From the NCBI GenBank assembly GCA_021840255.1, contig JAKBYX010000006.1, forward strand, positions 35,811 to 99,810: DNA of 64,000 bases, written 5' to 3'. The stretch is from Nitrospirota bacterium. Its GTDB lineage: Bacteria > Nitrospirota > Thermodesulfovibrionia > Thermodesulfovibrionales > JdFR-88. A program made the translations under genes and the position numbers. Each line of letters starts with the position of its first letter. The stretch's first letter is position 1. Under the pieces are notes generated by a model. It saw only the letters and a list, made by a program, of their open reading frames with translations. It was not told where the DNA came from and did not search any database. Of this stretch, positions 18,788 to 27,162 are shown one piece after another.

Positions 18788-19858
18788 ATGGATTTCATGG
18801 CGAAGAAAGAGAAAAATTTCAAGTTGACCGAGATGTCCAGTTGCGCCGGCTGAGCGGCGAAATTCAGTCCTAAGGACCTGTCCCAGGTGCTGGGGCAGCT
18901 GCCGCCTATAATGGACCCCAATGTCCTTGTAGGCTCTTCAAATGCCGATGACGCGGGCGTATACAGGGTAAGCGATGAGTCGGCGGCCGTTCTTACGGTC
19001 GATTTCTTCACCCCGATCGTCGATGACCCGTATATGTTCGGGGCCATAGCCGCTGCAAACTCGCTTTCGGACGTTTACGCCATGGGCGCAAGGCCGGTGG
19101 TGAGCCTTAATGTGGCCATGTTTCCCGGCGACCCGGATTTTTTCCCTGTTTTGAAACAGATAATCCAGGGCGGGATAGACAAGATGGCCGAGGCGGGAGT
19201 GCCTATCATCGGGGGGCACACCATTAAGGACAAAGAGCCCAAATTCGGCTACACGGTCATGGGGCTTGTCCATCCGGACAGGATACTCGATAATTCGAAG
19301 GCCAGGGCTGGCGACGCCATCGTCCTCACGAAGCCCATAGGCACGGGGATAATCTCCACGGGCATCAAGTCCGGCCGGGTGGGGCAGGACGTCATCGATG
19401 AGTTCACAAGATCAATGGCGGCCCTTAACAGAAGGGCAAGCGAGATAATGGTGCAGGTAGGCGTGAGCACCGCAACCGACATCACAGGCTTTGGTCTGCT
19501 GGGCCACTTGAGCGAGGTCCTCTCGGCAAGCCGCGTGAAGGCAAACCTCTACGCGGGCCGTGTACCTTTTTTCAGTGAGGCTGAAAAGCTTGTCGCGCAG
19601 AATGTTGTGCCGGGCGGAACGATGGCTAACCTTAAAAACTATGAGTCTTTCGTAAAATGGGCAGGGGATGTGAGCGAGGTCCACAAGATACTGCTCAACG
19701 ACGCGCAGACATCGGGCGGGCTTTTGATATTTGCGCCCCGGGAAAAACTGGGAACACTCTCGCGGTTGCTTGGGAAGGAAGATATCCTGGCGGCCCATAT
19801 AGGCGATGTGGCCGAAGGGGAGTCGTTAACCGGAAGCAGAATAAATGTAGAGGCATGA
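18788..19858 (+). CDS. selD: selenide, water dikinase (selenophosphate synthetase) with in-frame TGA = selenocysteine at 18851-18853
   Basis: ATG 18788 with GGGAGGTGG upstream. It reads MDFMAKKEKNFKLTEMSSCAG-U-AAKFSPKDLSQVLGQLPP, then continues in frame into the track ORF 18887-19858 (VGSSNADDAGVY, DFFTPIVDDPY, AANSLSDVYAMGA). The U aligns with E. coli Cys17 in GAGCGCK. Confidence 0.88.
18854..18905 (+). promoter_or_regulatory. candidate bacterial SECIS structure downstream of the selD UGA
   Basis: Outer pairing GCGGC/GCCGC. Inner hairpin GTCCCAG-GTG-CTGGGGC (18880-18896), folded by eye only. Confidence 0.4.
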
Positions 19859-20652
19859 TGCCGGTCCTGCTTTATCTTTTTTTGGTTGCCGCGGGCGGAC
19901 TGGGCGGGTTTCTTTCAGGGATGCTTGGCATAGGGGGCGGGATCATCATGTTCCCGCTTCTTCTGTATATGCCGGCCCTTTTCGGCTTGCCGCCCCTGGG
20001 GGTCAAGGGAATAACCGGGCTTACCATGACGCAGGGTTTCTTTGCGACGCTTACCGCAACCTTTTTTTACAGGAGGGAGCGGCTTATTAGCAGGGAACTC
20101 GTTCTTACGCTGGGGCTAGCCCTTTTTTGCTCTTCTCTGGCCGGCTCCCTGTTTTCAAAGGGGGTGGGCGACGGCCCGCTGCTTGAAATATATGGGGTTT
20201 TGGCTCTTTTTGCCGCCATAATGATGCTTGTCCCCCGCAGCTACGCGAGAGACGATATTTCAGGCGGGCAGGTGAGTTTCAATGGCCCCCTGGCCATCTT
20301 TTGCGGGGCCGCCACGGGCTTCCTGCTTGGCATGGTTGGGCAGGGCGGCGCTTTCATCATAATCCCGATCATGCTTTATATCCTTAAGATACCGTTGCGG
20401 GTGGCGCTGGGCAGTATGCTTGCCATCGGGCTTTTTTCTGCAACTGCGGGCATAGCCGGAAAGATAGCTACCGGGCAGGTCCGGTTCGGCCTGGCGGCGG
20501 CCCTTCTGGCCGGCGCGGTCCCTATGGCCTACCTTGGGGGAAAGGCCGGCAGAAAGGCGAACACGAAATTCCTCAGATGGCTCCTTGCCGGGGTCATTTC
20601 CGCTTCAGCGGTCTATATATGGGTGGATATCCTGGGAAAAGTCTACAAGTGA
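19855..20652 (+). CDS. TauE/SafE (TSUP, DUF81) family anion permease
   Basis: ATG 19855 overlaps the selD stop (ATGA). MMPVLLYLFLVAAGGLGGFLSGMLGIGGGIIMFPLL and a second GQGGAFIIIP repeat, about 8 TM segments. The track start at 19657 lies inside selD. Confidence 0.8.
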   Translation: MMPVLLYLFLVAAGGLGGFLSGMLGIGGGIIMFPLLLYMPALFGLPPLGVKGITGLTMTQGFFATLTATFFYRRERLISRELVLTLGLALFCSSLAGSLFSKGVGDGPLLEIYGVLALFAAIMMLVPRSYARDDISGGQVSFNGPLAIFCGAATGFLLGMVGQGGAFIIIPIMLYILKIPLRVALGSMLAIGLFSATAGIAGKIATGQVRFGLAAALLAGAVPMAYLGGKAGRKANTKFLRWLLAGVISASAVYIWVDILGKVYK

Positions 20653-20681
20653 AGGTGAAAACAAAAACCGGAAAAGTAAAA

Positions 20682-20697
20682 TGTTCCACGTGGAACA
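20682..20697. promoter_or_regulatory. parS centromere-like site TGTTCCACGTGGAACA
   Basis: Perfect 16-bp palindrome with 14/16 match to the tGTTtCAcGTGaAACa consensus. It lies about 0.9 kb upstream of parA. Confidence 0.75.
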
Positions 20698-20701
20698 ATG
20701 G

Positions 20702-21379
20702 TCAGGAAGAAGCGGTACTCCTTGAGATGTAATCATCTATTGTCCTTTTGTCCCGCTCCTGGAGGTTCAGGAACCTGATGCCGTAATGGAACATCCTCTC
20801 CTGCCTGACGACGCGGACTACCAGGCCCCTCGCCGTGATCCTTTCGATATCAGGGATAAAAAAAGAGGTTGAGATCTCGTCTCCCCTGGCAAGTATCTTT
20901 TCGGTCTCAAGCAGCAGCCCTGAAACGCTTACGTTGCAGGTGCTGCCAAAGAACGGTTCCTGGCCGAAGGAGCCGATGACTCTGGCCTTTATCAAAACCC
21001 TCAAATCTTTTCTTTCGTGAACGTCTATGAGCCACGCAACCTTCTCCAGGAGTCTCCGGGAGTCTATGGGGCGGGTAATATAATCGTTAGCCCCGCAGGT
21101 CGCGCACCTTTCAAGATCCGCCCTCCTGAGGCTGGTTATCATTATGATGGAGACGTGCTTCAGGTCCGGAGTTTTCCTTATCTCCCTTGCCAGTTCGTCG
21201 CCAGGCATGTCCGGGGTGTTCAGGTCAGCAAGGATGAGGTCCATTTTATTCAAGCGGTGTATCTCAAGGGCGTCAAGGCCGGATTTTGCCGTGAATATCT
21301 CGAAATCCTCCCGGGCCAGAATGGTTTTTTCCTCCCGGATGAAGGGGTTAAGGCCGTCTGCGATCAGTATCTTTTTCAT
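20702..21379 (-). CDS. receiver (atypical) + PilZ domain protein
   Basis: Start at ATG 21379 (MKKILIADGLNPF). Receiver with LILADLNTPDM. PilZ with RKDLR and NVSVSGLLLE. Confidence 0.75.
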   Translation of the reverse strand: MKKILIADGLNPFIREEKTILAREDFEIFTAKSGLDALEIHRLNKMDLILADLNTPDMPGDELAREIRKTPDLKHVSIIMITSLRRADLERCATCGANDYITRPIDSRRLLEKVAWLIDVHERKDLRVLIKARVIGSFGQEPFFGSTCNVSVSGLLLETEKILARGDEISTSFFIPDIERITARGLVVRVVRQERMFHYGIRFLNLQERDKRTIDDYISRSTASS

Positions 21380-21561
21380 GCCGGCACGCATTTCATACCG
21401 GCACACATTGTAGCAAAAAGGCCGGTTAAAATGGTAACTTTATTGCTATATCTTCATGCGCCGCACCCGTGCTAAAATAATTCACCGATTTGGGGGGAGT
21501 TGTTAGCGGTTTTTTTTCCTGCGGAGTAAAAGAAAAGAAAAGAAAAAGAAAAAAACTGAAA

Positions 21562-22347
21562 ATGCTTATGGATAAGACCATTGCCATAGTTAACCAGAAA
21601 GGCGGGGTGGGCAAGACGACCACCGCCGTAAACCTGGCGGCCTCCATGGCCCTTGCCGGGGTAGACATCCTTCTTATCGATGCGGACCCGCAGGGGAATT
21701 CAACCAGCGGGCTGGGACTCCAAAAAGATCCCCCCGGCCTTTATGACATCTTCTCCGGAAAACTTGGCATAGAGGAGACCATAAAGCCCGCCCCACAGGA
21801 CAGGCTCTGGGTCGTGTCCTCCACTATAGACCTTCTGGGGGCGGAGATAGAGCTTGCCGGCCGGGCCGGGGCCGAGCGAATCCTTTCCGATGCCCTTTCC
21901 ACGGTAAGAAACCGGTTCAGGTATATCATAATAGACTGTCCGCCATCCCTGGGGCTCCTTACGCTTAACGCCCTGGTGGCCGCGCAGTCCGTGCTCGTGC
22001 CCGTGCAGTGCGAATATTATTCACTGGAGGGCATCGGCATGCTGTCCCACACGCTGTCGCTTGTCCGGGGGTCTTACAATCCCTCTCTTGAGCTGGACGG
22101 CGTGCTTTTGACCATGTACGATCCAAGGAACACGCTTACCAGGCAGGTTGAGGCCGAATTGAGGGAGCATTTCAAGGGGAAGGTCTACTCAACGGTCATC
22201 CCCCGCAACATTGCCCTGGCCGAGGCCCCAAGCCACGGCAAGCCTGCCATCTTGTACGACGCCCGCTCAAAAGGGGCGCAGAGCTATCTTGCACTTGCAA
22301 AGGAGTTTTTTTTAAGGAATGAAAACTGCACTCGGACGGGGAATTGA
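21562..22347 (+). CDS. parA: chromosome partitioning ATPase ParA/Soj
   Basis: Start ATG 21562 ([26 protein letters not shown], deviant Walker A). The track start at 21490 would translate the A-rich leader. Confidence 0.92.
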   Translation: MLMDKTIAIVNQKGGVGKTTTAVNLAASMALAGVDILLIDADPQGNSTSGLGLQKDPPGLYDIFSGKLGIEETIKPAPQDRLWVVSSTIDLLGAEIELAGRAGAERILSDALSTVRNRFRYIIIDCPPSLGLLTLNALVAAQSVLVPVQCEYYSLEGIGMLSHTLSLVRGSYNPSLELDGVLLTMYDPRNTLTRQVEAELREHFKGKVYSTVIPRNIALAEAPSHGKPAILYDARSKGAQSYLALAKEFFLRNENCTRTGN

Positions 22348-23155
22348 GGCCCTCCTGCCCAAGTCGGGCATGGAAGCCGTTGAGATCGACATAGAGCGGG
22401 TGGCCGCATGGGCGGACCAGCCAAGGAAGCGTTTTTCCGAAGAGGGTCTGAAGGAGCTTGCGGCCTCGATAAAGGAAAAAGGGGTGCTGCAGCCCCTTCT
22501 TGTATGCCCCATAGGGGACGGGACTTTCAGGCTCATCGCCGGGGAGCGGAGGCTTCGCGCCGCCAGGCTGGCGGGGTTGAAACGTGTGCCCGCGGTACTT
22601 AAAAGGACCGCCTCGCAGGATTCCCTGGAGATAGCCCTCATAGAAAACCTCCAGCGTGAGGATTTAAACCCGGTGGAGACCGCCCAGGCGCTTGACAGGC
22701 TTCAGAAGGAGTTTTCCCTTACGCACGAGGCGCTGTCGGGGAGGCTGGGAATGGAGCGCACCACCATCACGAATCATCTGCGCCTGCTGAAACTGCCGGA
22801 AGAGGTCAGGGCTCTTTTGGCGGACGGGAAGCTTTCGATGGGCCATGCCAAGGTGATTTTGGGTATTGATTCTCAATCTCAACAAGCCGGGATGGCGGCC
22901 AGGACGGTGAACGAAGGGCTTTCCGTGCGGGAACTGGAAAGACTTATAAAGGCCAAAAACCCCGTCTCTGACTCAAAAAAGGGCCGCAAAAAGACGGGCC
23001 TGGCGGACCCTAACGTTCTGGACCTGGAAGACCGGCTTTCAAGATCTTTAGGCACCAAGGTGCGGGTGAAGCACAAGGGCAAGAAAGGCGGCTCGCTCCA
23101 TATAGAGTATTACAGCCTGGAGCAGCTGGAAGGGCTCCTGGAGAAGATGCTCTAG
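22319..23155 (+). CDS. parB: chromosome partitioning protein ParB/Spo0J
   Basis: [51 protein letters not shown] and an HTH region. Confidence 0.92.
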   Translation: MKTALGRGIEALLPKSGMEAVEIDIERVAAWADQPRKRFSEEGLKELAASIKEKGVLQPLLVCPIGDGTFRLIAGERRLRAARLAGLKRVPAVLKRTASQDSLEIALIENLQREDLNPVETAQALDRLQKEFSLTHEALSGRLGMERTTITNHLRLLKLPEEVRALLADGKLSMGHAKVILGIDSQSQQAGMAARTVNEGLSVRELERLIKAKNPVSDSKKGRKKTGLADPNVLDLEDRLSRSLGTKVRVKHKGKKGGSLHIEYYSLEQLEGLLEKML

Positions 23156-23168
23156 GTTTTTTTTTTTT
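23119..23168 (+). terminator. probable intrinsic terminator after parB
   Basis: GAGCA...TGCTC with nested GGAGC/GCTCC pairing spanning the stop codon, followed by a 12-T run (23157-23168). Confidence 0.45.
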
Positions 23169-23274
23169 GTTTGGGTCATCAAGGGATTTTTTGGTGTGGG
23201 GCGGACGCATTCGCTCCTTGTATGTTTCCCTGGCTTTTTTGCTTTTCTGCCTTAGTTTTTTTCGTTTCTCTGTC

Positions 23275-24171
23275 TTACGTCTCGAAACCCGAGACTCGGC
23301 CCTCCGGATGGCCGTGTCTCTTTCTTTCAAGCTCGGCTATCACCTGCGCCCCCAGCAGAAGTATCAGTGAGGCCGCCTCTATGCCAAGCAGGGCAACCAC
23401 CGCCGTTGCGAATGAGCCGTATATCAGGTTGACCATGGAGAGGGTTGAATAATACCAGACGAGAAGGCGGCGGGTCGCCTCCCAGAGGACAGTTGCGGTT
23501 ATTCCCCCAACGATGGCGTGGCGAAATGTCATCCTGCCTACGGGCATGACCAGGTAGACGGAGGTCAGCATGAATATCTCCCCTATGACGCCAAGGGCAT
23601 AAAGCGCCACCGCGTATGCGCTGCCTGACTGGAGGCTCCACCCAAGGAACACCGGGTGCCTGCTCTGGAGGGCCTGCACCGCCCCCGCTATGAAAGAGAC
23701 GACAGAGACCCCCAGACCAAGGAAAAAGATGTATACGTACGGGATGATCGCAGAGACCATGAAGTGGCGCCGTTTCGTTCTCACCCGGTGGAAAAAGATC
23801 ACGGACATGGCGTTTTCAAGTACCGTGAAAGCCACGGAGCTGAAAAAAACCATTATCAGGAGCCCTACCAGGCTCATAACCTTTCCGTGGGCCACAAATA
23901 TGCGCACCTCGGCAGTCAGCGTTGCTGCGTATCCGGGGATGAGCATGTCTAAAAATGTGGAGAGCGTACGGTACAGCTGCTGTTCCCCCACAATGTGCGA
24001 AAGCCCTATCAGGGCCAGGATAGACATGGGCACAATGGAAAGCAGGGTGTAGTAGGCAAGGGCGCCCCCAAGAAGAAGGCCCTGGTTCCGCTTGAACCCG
24101 GAGACAACGCGGAAGATGAAACTGAAAAGCTCCCTCAGCCATCCACGGACATCTTTGAGCCAAACATACAT
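23275..24171 (-). CDS. YihY/BrkB (ribonuclease BN-like) family membrane protein
   Basis: Start taken at ATG 24171 (MYVWLKDVRGWLRELFSF...GGALAYYTLLSIVPM). Six hydrophobic segments. The upstream part of the track ORF is an A-rich leader. Confidence 0.75.
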   Translation of the reverse strand: MYVWLKDVRGWLRELFSFIFRVVSGFKRNQGLLLGGALAYYTLLSIVPMSILALIGLSHIVGEQQLYRTLSTFLDMLIPGYAATLTAEVRIFVAHGKVMSLVGLLIMVFFSSVAFTVLENAMSVIFFHRVRTKRRHFMVSAIIPYVYIFFLGLGVSVVSFIAGAVQALQSRHPVFLGWSLQSGSAYAVALYALGVIGEIFMLTSVYLVMPVGRMTFRHAIVGGITATVLWEATRRLLVWYYSTLSMVNLIYGSFATAVVALLGIEAASLILLLGAQVIAELERKRHGHPEGRVSGFET

Positions 24172-24489
24172 TTTCAGTGAAAAGGGGCTCAGTAAATGAG
24201 CGCCCCGTAAAAGCGGGCCGGTCCCGGGCTTTTTATATTTTTCCTTTTTGGGCATTTTTCTGTTTTTTGTCAGAGGGAAAGGGGGATCTTTTTCTTTATT
24301 TTTTTGTCCGTCTTTGCCGGAAATTATTGTCTTTAACAAACTGTTACCACCAAACGCAAATAATGTCCACCCGTTCACCCATGTCTGCCCTGAATTCATC
24401 CGTGCCAAAAAGAAACCGCAGACTGCCCGCAGCGCAAGTTATCACTTTGGGCAAAAGGTGATACAATGGGCAGTTAGGAGGAAGAAAAA

Positions 24490-24828
24490 ATGCCAGAGCT
24501 GGATGTAGACGGTAAGAAGGTTAGCGTGGACGCAGACGGATTTCTGGTGAATTACGAGGACTGGGATGAGAAAGTCGCCCGCGTCCTGGCCGGAAAGGCA
24601 GGCATAAAGGAGCTTGCCCCCGGAATGCTGGACGCCCTCAAGTTCATGCGCGAGTATTACAGCCGCTACAAGTTCTTCCCGATCATCCGCGCAGTGTGCA
24701 AAAACGTGCACAAGCCAAAAGACTGCATAACCGAGGATTTCATCGATCCTGCAACCGCATGGAAGCTGGCCGGCCTGCCCAACCTTGGAGAGCAAATGGA
24801 CATATTCGAGTACGGGCCCCCGAACTAA
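24490..24828 (+). CDS. TusE/DsrC/DsvC-family protein lacking the C-terminal cysteines
   Basis: AGGAGG RBS. VDADGFLVNYEDWDEKVA...LKFMREYY...AGLP aligns with DsrC/TusE. It ends NLGEQMDIFEYGPPN instead of KPxxC(V/I). Confidence 0.7.
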   Translation: MPELDVDGKKVSVDADGFLVNYEDWDEKVARVLAGKAGIKELAPGMLDALKFMREYYSRYKFFPIIRAVCKNVHKPKDCITEDFIDPATAWKLAGLPNLGEQMDIFEYGPPN

Positions 24829-24978
24829 GAATATTTACATTAATGACTAAAAAAAGCGGCCGTATGTATTTTAAGGATAAAATTCAGGCCGGTTAATGGA
24901 GACCCGCTTTTTGCGTTTTTTTGACCTCTTGACAGGGATTAATCCAATCTGTTTTACTTTCCTGACAGTCTTTTTTGT

Positions 24979-25416
24979 ATGTTTAAGGACTTATTTAAAA
25001 AAATGATTTTGCACTCCGGCAAAAGACCTGGCCTTAATAAAAGGCTTATTTTAATATTTTTGGCACTGTGGACGGCTTATGCCGTGTCCCCGGTATTTGC
25101 ATGGGCGGCGGTCACGTCCTCCGGACGGCTTGAGAAAAGCGGCCCTAATATATATTTCTGCGAGCTGGTTTGCAAGAGGCACATAACCGGGAAAAAGAGC
25201 CCCGGTTTAATGGTGCTTTGCAACAAGCAGCGGGCCAACAAGAAAGAAGAGCCGTTGATCGCGCCGGTGCCTGAAGGCGGCCCTTCGGCTGTAAGAGCGG
25301 CCTCCGAATGGCAATCCTTTTCCCACGGAAAAGTAAGCCAGTGCCTTTGCCGGGAAGTTAATACCCGCCGTGACCTCATGTCCATATATCTGACACATTC
25401 TCCGCCAGGGGTCTGA
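24979..25416 (+). CDS. hypothetical membrane-anchored protein
   Basis: 145-aa ORF with one hydrophobic segment (LILIFLALWTAYAVSPVFAWA). No recognisable motif and a weak RBS. Confidence 0.35.
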   Translation: MFKDLFKKMILHSGKRPGLNKRLILIFLALWTAYAVSPVFAWAAVTSSGRLEKSGPNIYFCELVCKRHITGKKSPGLMVLCNKQRANKKEEPLIAPVPEGGPSAVRAASEWQSFSHGKVSQCLCREVNTRRDLMSIYLTHSPPGV

Positions 25417-25518
25417 TCTTCTTTGCCGGGGAGGTATGTATTCTTACCTTTTTAAATTTTTGCTTAAAATCGATAAAAACGGAAAAAGAAAAAGTTTAAA
25501 CAACAAAAAGGAGACGAA

Positions 25519-26064
25519 ATGAAAAAGGCGATTTTGATATTGGCGGCATTAGGGTTTATTGCGGCAGGATGCTCGCACGCCGTGAAGCAGAGCCCTGAAC
25601 AGGCAGCACAGGCGGCAGCTCCCCAGAAGGCCGTGCAAAAGGCCCCGGCGGAGAAAAAACTGAATCCCGCCAGCACGGAAAATGTTACCGGCAAAACGAA
25701 CGAGGCCAAGCAGCAAGCCGCCGTTGTGGCAGCGGAGAAGAAGATCGGCGATATACATTTCGCCTTTGACAAGTACAGCCTGAACGCGGACGCAAAAGAC
25801 AAGCTCCATAAGCTTTCGGACCTCCTTCTGAAAAACTCCAATGCAAAGGTGATGATCGAGGGCCGCTGCGATGAGCGCGGAACAGAGGAGTACAACCTGG
25901 CCCTTGGCGACAAGAGGGCTAATGCGGCCAAGAATTACCTCATGGCCCTTGGGGTGCCGGCAAGCCAGCTTTCTACCGTCAGCTACGGCAAAGACAAGCC
26001 CCTCTGCACCGAGCACAGTGAGAAGTGCTGGTCCATGAACAGAAGCGACCACTTCTCCTACTAG
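25519..26064 (+). CDS. pal: peptidoglycan-associated lipoprotein Pal (OmpA-like)
   Basis: Lipobox LGFIAAGC. FAFDKYSL...EGRCDERGTEEYNLALGDKRANAAKNYL. AAGGAG RBS. Confidence 0.9.
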   Translation: MKKAILILAALGFIAAGCSHAVKQSPEQAAQAAAPQKAVQKAPAEKKLNPASTENVTGKTNEAKQQAAVVAAEKKIGDIHFAFDKYSLNADAKDKLHKLSDLLLKNSNAKVMIEGRCDERGTEEYNLALGDKRANAAKNYLMALGVPASQLSTVSYGKDKPLCTEHSEKCWSMNRSDHFSY

Positions 26065-26090
26065 GCAGGAAAGAAAAACATACCAAGTGG

Positions 26091-26145
26091 GGAAGGCCCT
26101 CCCGCGCCAAAGAAAAAAGGCGCAGGAGGGCCTTCCTGTTTTTTC
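26091..26145 (+). terminator. strong rho-independent terminator after pal
   Basis: 12-bp perfect stem GGAAGGCCCTCC (26091-26102) / GGAGGGCCTTCC (26125-26136), then TGTTTTTT. Confidence 0.8.
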
Positions 26146-26254
26146 CGCCGCCGGGTTTGGCGGCTTCCGCATTGTGTTGCCATTCACGCAAGGTTTTACC
26201 TTGCAATTCCCTGTAGCTTGCTACTGTAGTGTCTCATAGACGACTGGTGTTTAC

Positions 26255-26288
26255 TCCCAGTGGGAGAGGGGTTAGGGTGGGAGAGTCC
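26255..26288. repeat. REP-like element, same family as 43893-43928 (opposite orientation)
   Basis: The reverse complement CTCTCCCACCCTAACCCCTCTCCCACTGGGAG parallels CCCTCACCCCAGCCCTCTCCCGCGGGGAGAG. Confidence 0.4.
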
Positions 26289-26460
26289 TGGGCCTTGGTT
26301 TTTAATTTTGATACCCTGCAGCTTGCCCTGGGGTGCTTCATTGCTCCGGCCAGGCGTTCCAAACGGATGAGCAATAGTGATATCATAGGAGCGAAGAAAA
26401 TAAAGAAAAGACGGTTTTTTATTAAAAAAGAAAAAGGAAGAGATCGGGGAGAGCGTTTTT

Positions 26461-27090
26461 ATGCAATTGAAGATCGGTGTAATGGGTTCGGCTTCCGGGG
26501 ACATCCCCAAACGGTATCTGGATACCGCCTACAGACTTGGCCGTTCGATCGCCCAAAACGGCTGCATAACCATCACCGGGGCCTGCCCCGGGCTTCCCCT
26601 CGATGCGGCCAGGGGGGCAAAGGACGCGGGGGGCATGGTGGTGGGCATCTCCCCGGCCCTGAGCGAGTGGGAGCATGTGCACCGTTATCACTCGCCGGTG
26701 GAGTTTCACGACCTGCTCATATATACGGGAAGCGGACTTATGGGCCGCGAGGTGGTGAACATAAGGACCTCCGATATCGTGATTATAATCGGCGGCCGGT
26801 CCGGCACTCTGGGGGAGTTCTCGATAGCCTATGACGAGGGCAAGCTGATCGGTGTGGTGCTTGGCACGGGCGGCATAACCTCGGAGATCAAATACATCCT
26901 GAGGGTCATAAAAAAGAAGACGGGCTCAAAGGTGCTTCATGACGAAGACCCGGAAAAGCTGGTCAGGAGCCTCCTTTCATACTACACAAGCAAACATTTC
27001 ATGCGCCCGAGCGTCCATACGCATTTCGTGGTGCAGAATAACCATGATGCCGGCGGCCCTGCTGCCCCGGAAAAAGGGGAATCCGTTTAG
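26461..27090 (+). CDS. TIGR00725 / LOG-like (lysine-decarboxylase-like Rossmann) family protein
   Basis: IGVMGSASG...LGRSIAQNGCITITGACPGLP...IIIGGRSGTLGEF pattern. Confidence 0.7.
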   Translation: MQLKIGVMGSASGDIPKRYLDTAYRLGRSIAQNGCITITGACPGLPLDAARGAKDAGGMVVGISPALSEWEHVHRYHSPVEFHDLLIYTGSGLMGREVVNIRTSDIVIIIGGRSGTLGEFSIAYDEGKLIGVVLGTGGITSEIKYILRVIKKKTGSKVLHDEDPEKLVRSLLSYYTSKHFMRPSVHTHFVVQNNHDAGGPAAPEKGESV

Positions 27091-27162
27091 TTAGAAACCC
27101 GCTTCAAAATTGATTCTATTTGAAAATAGGCCCTTGTATTTAGTTAGAACGTTTGTTTTTGC

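Noticed and set aside
21490-21561. N-terminal extensions offered by the ORF track: parA from 21490, YihY from 24408, FliK-like from 50595, oppF from 45130, kinase from 28732, DUF1015 from 38800, aminotransferase from 3260, arsR from 18362, TSUP from 19657, Slp from 46972, and receiver-PilZ from 21406.
   Set aside because: The extensions translate A-rich leaders, overlap the upstream gene or precede the predicted promoter. Internal starts restore canonical family N-termini, signal peptides, SD spacing or ATGA coupling.
25050-25066. TGGCAC-containing stretches (here and at about 26866), screened as sigma54 -24/-12 promoters because an NtrX-type activator is present.
   Set aside because: The GC of the -12 element is missing or mis-spaced, and both sites lie inside coding sequence. 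I found no convincing sigma54 promoter in the window.
27085-27154. 11-nt direct repeat TTTAGTTAGAA (two copies about 50 nt apart) and the small dyad TTCAAA...TTTGAA, between the convergent LOG-like and Smr genes.
   Set aside because: Short, AT-rich and plausibly chance. No associated feature.
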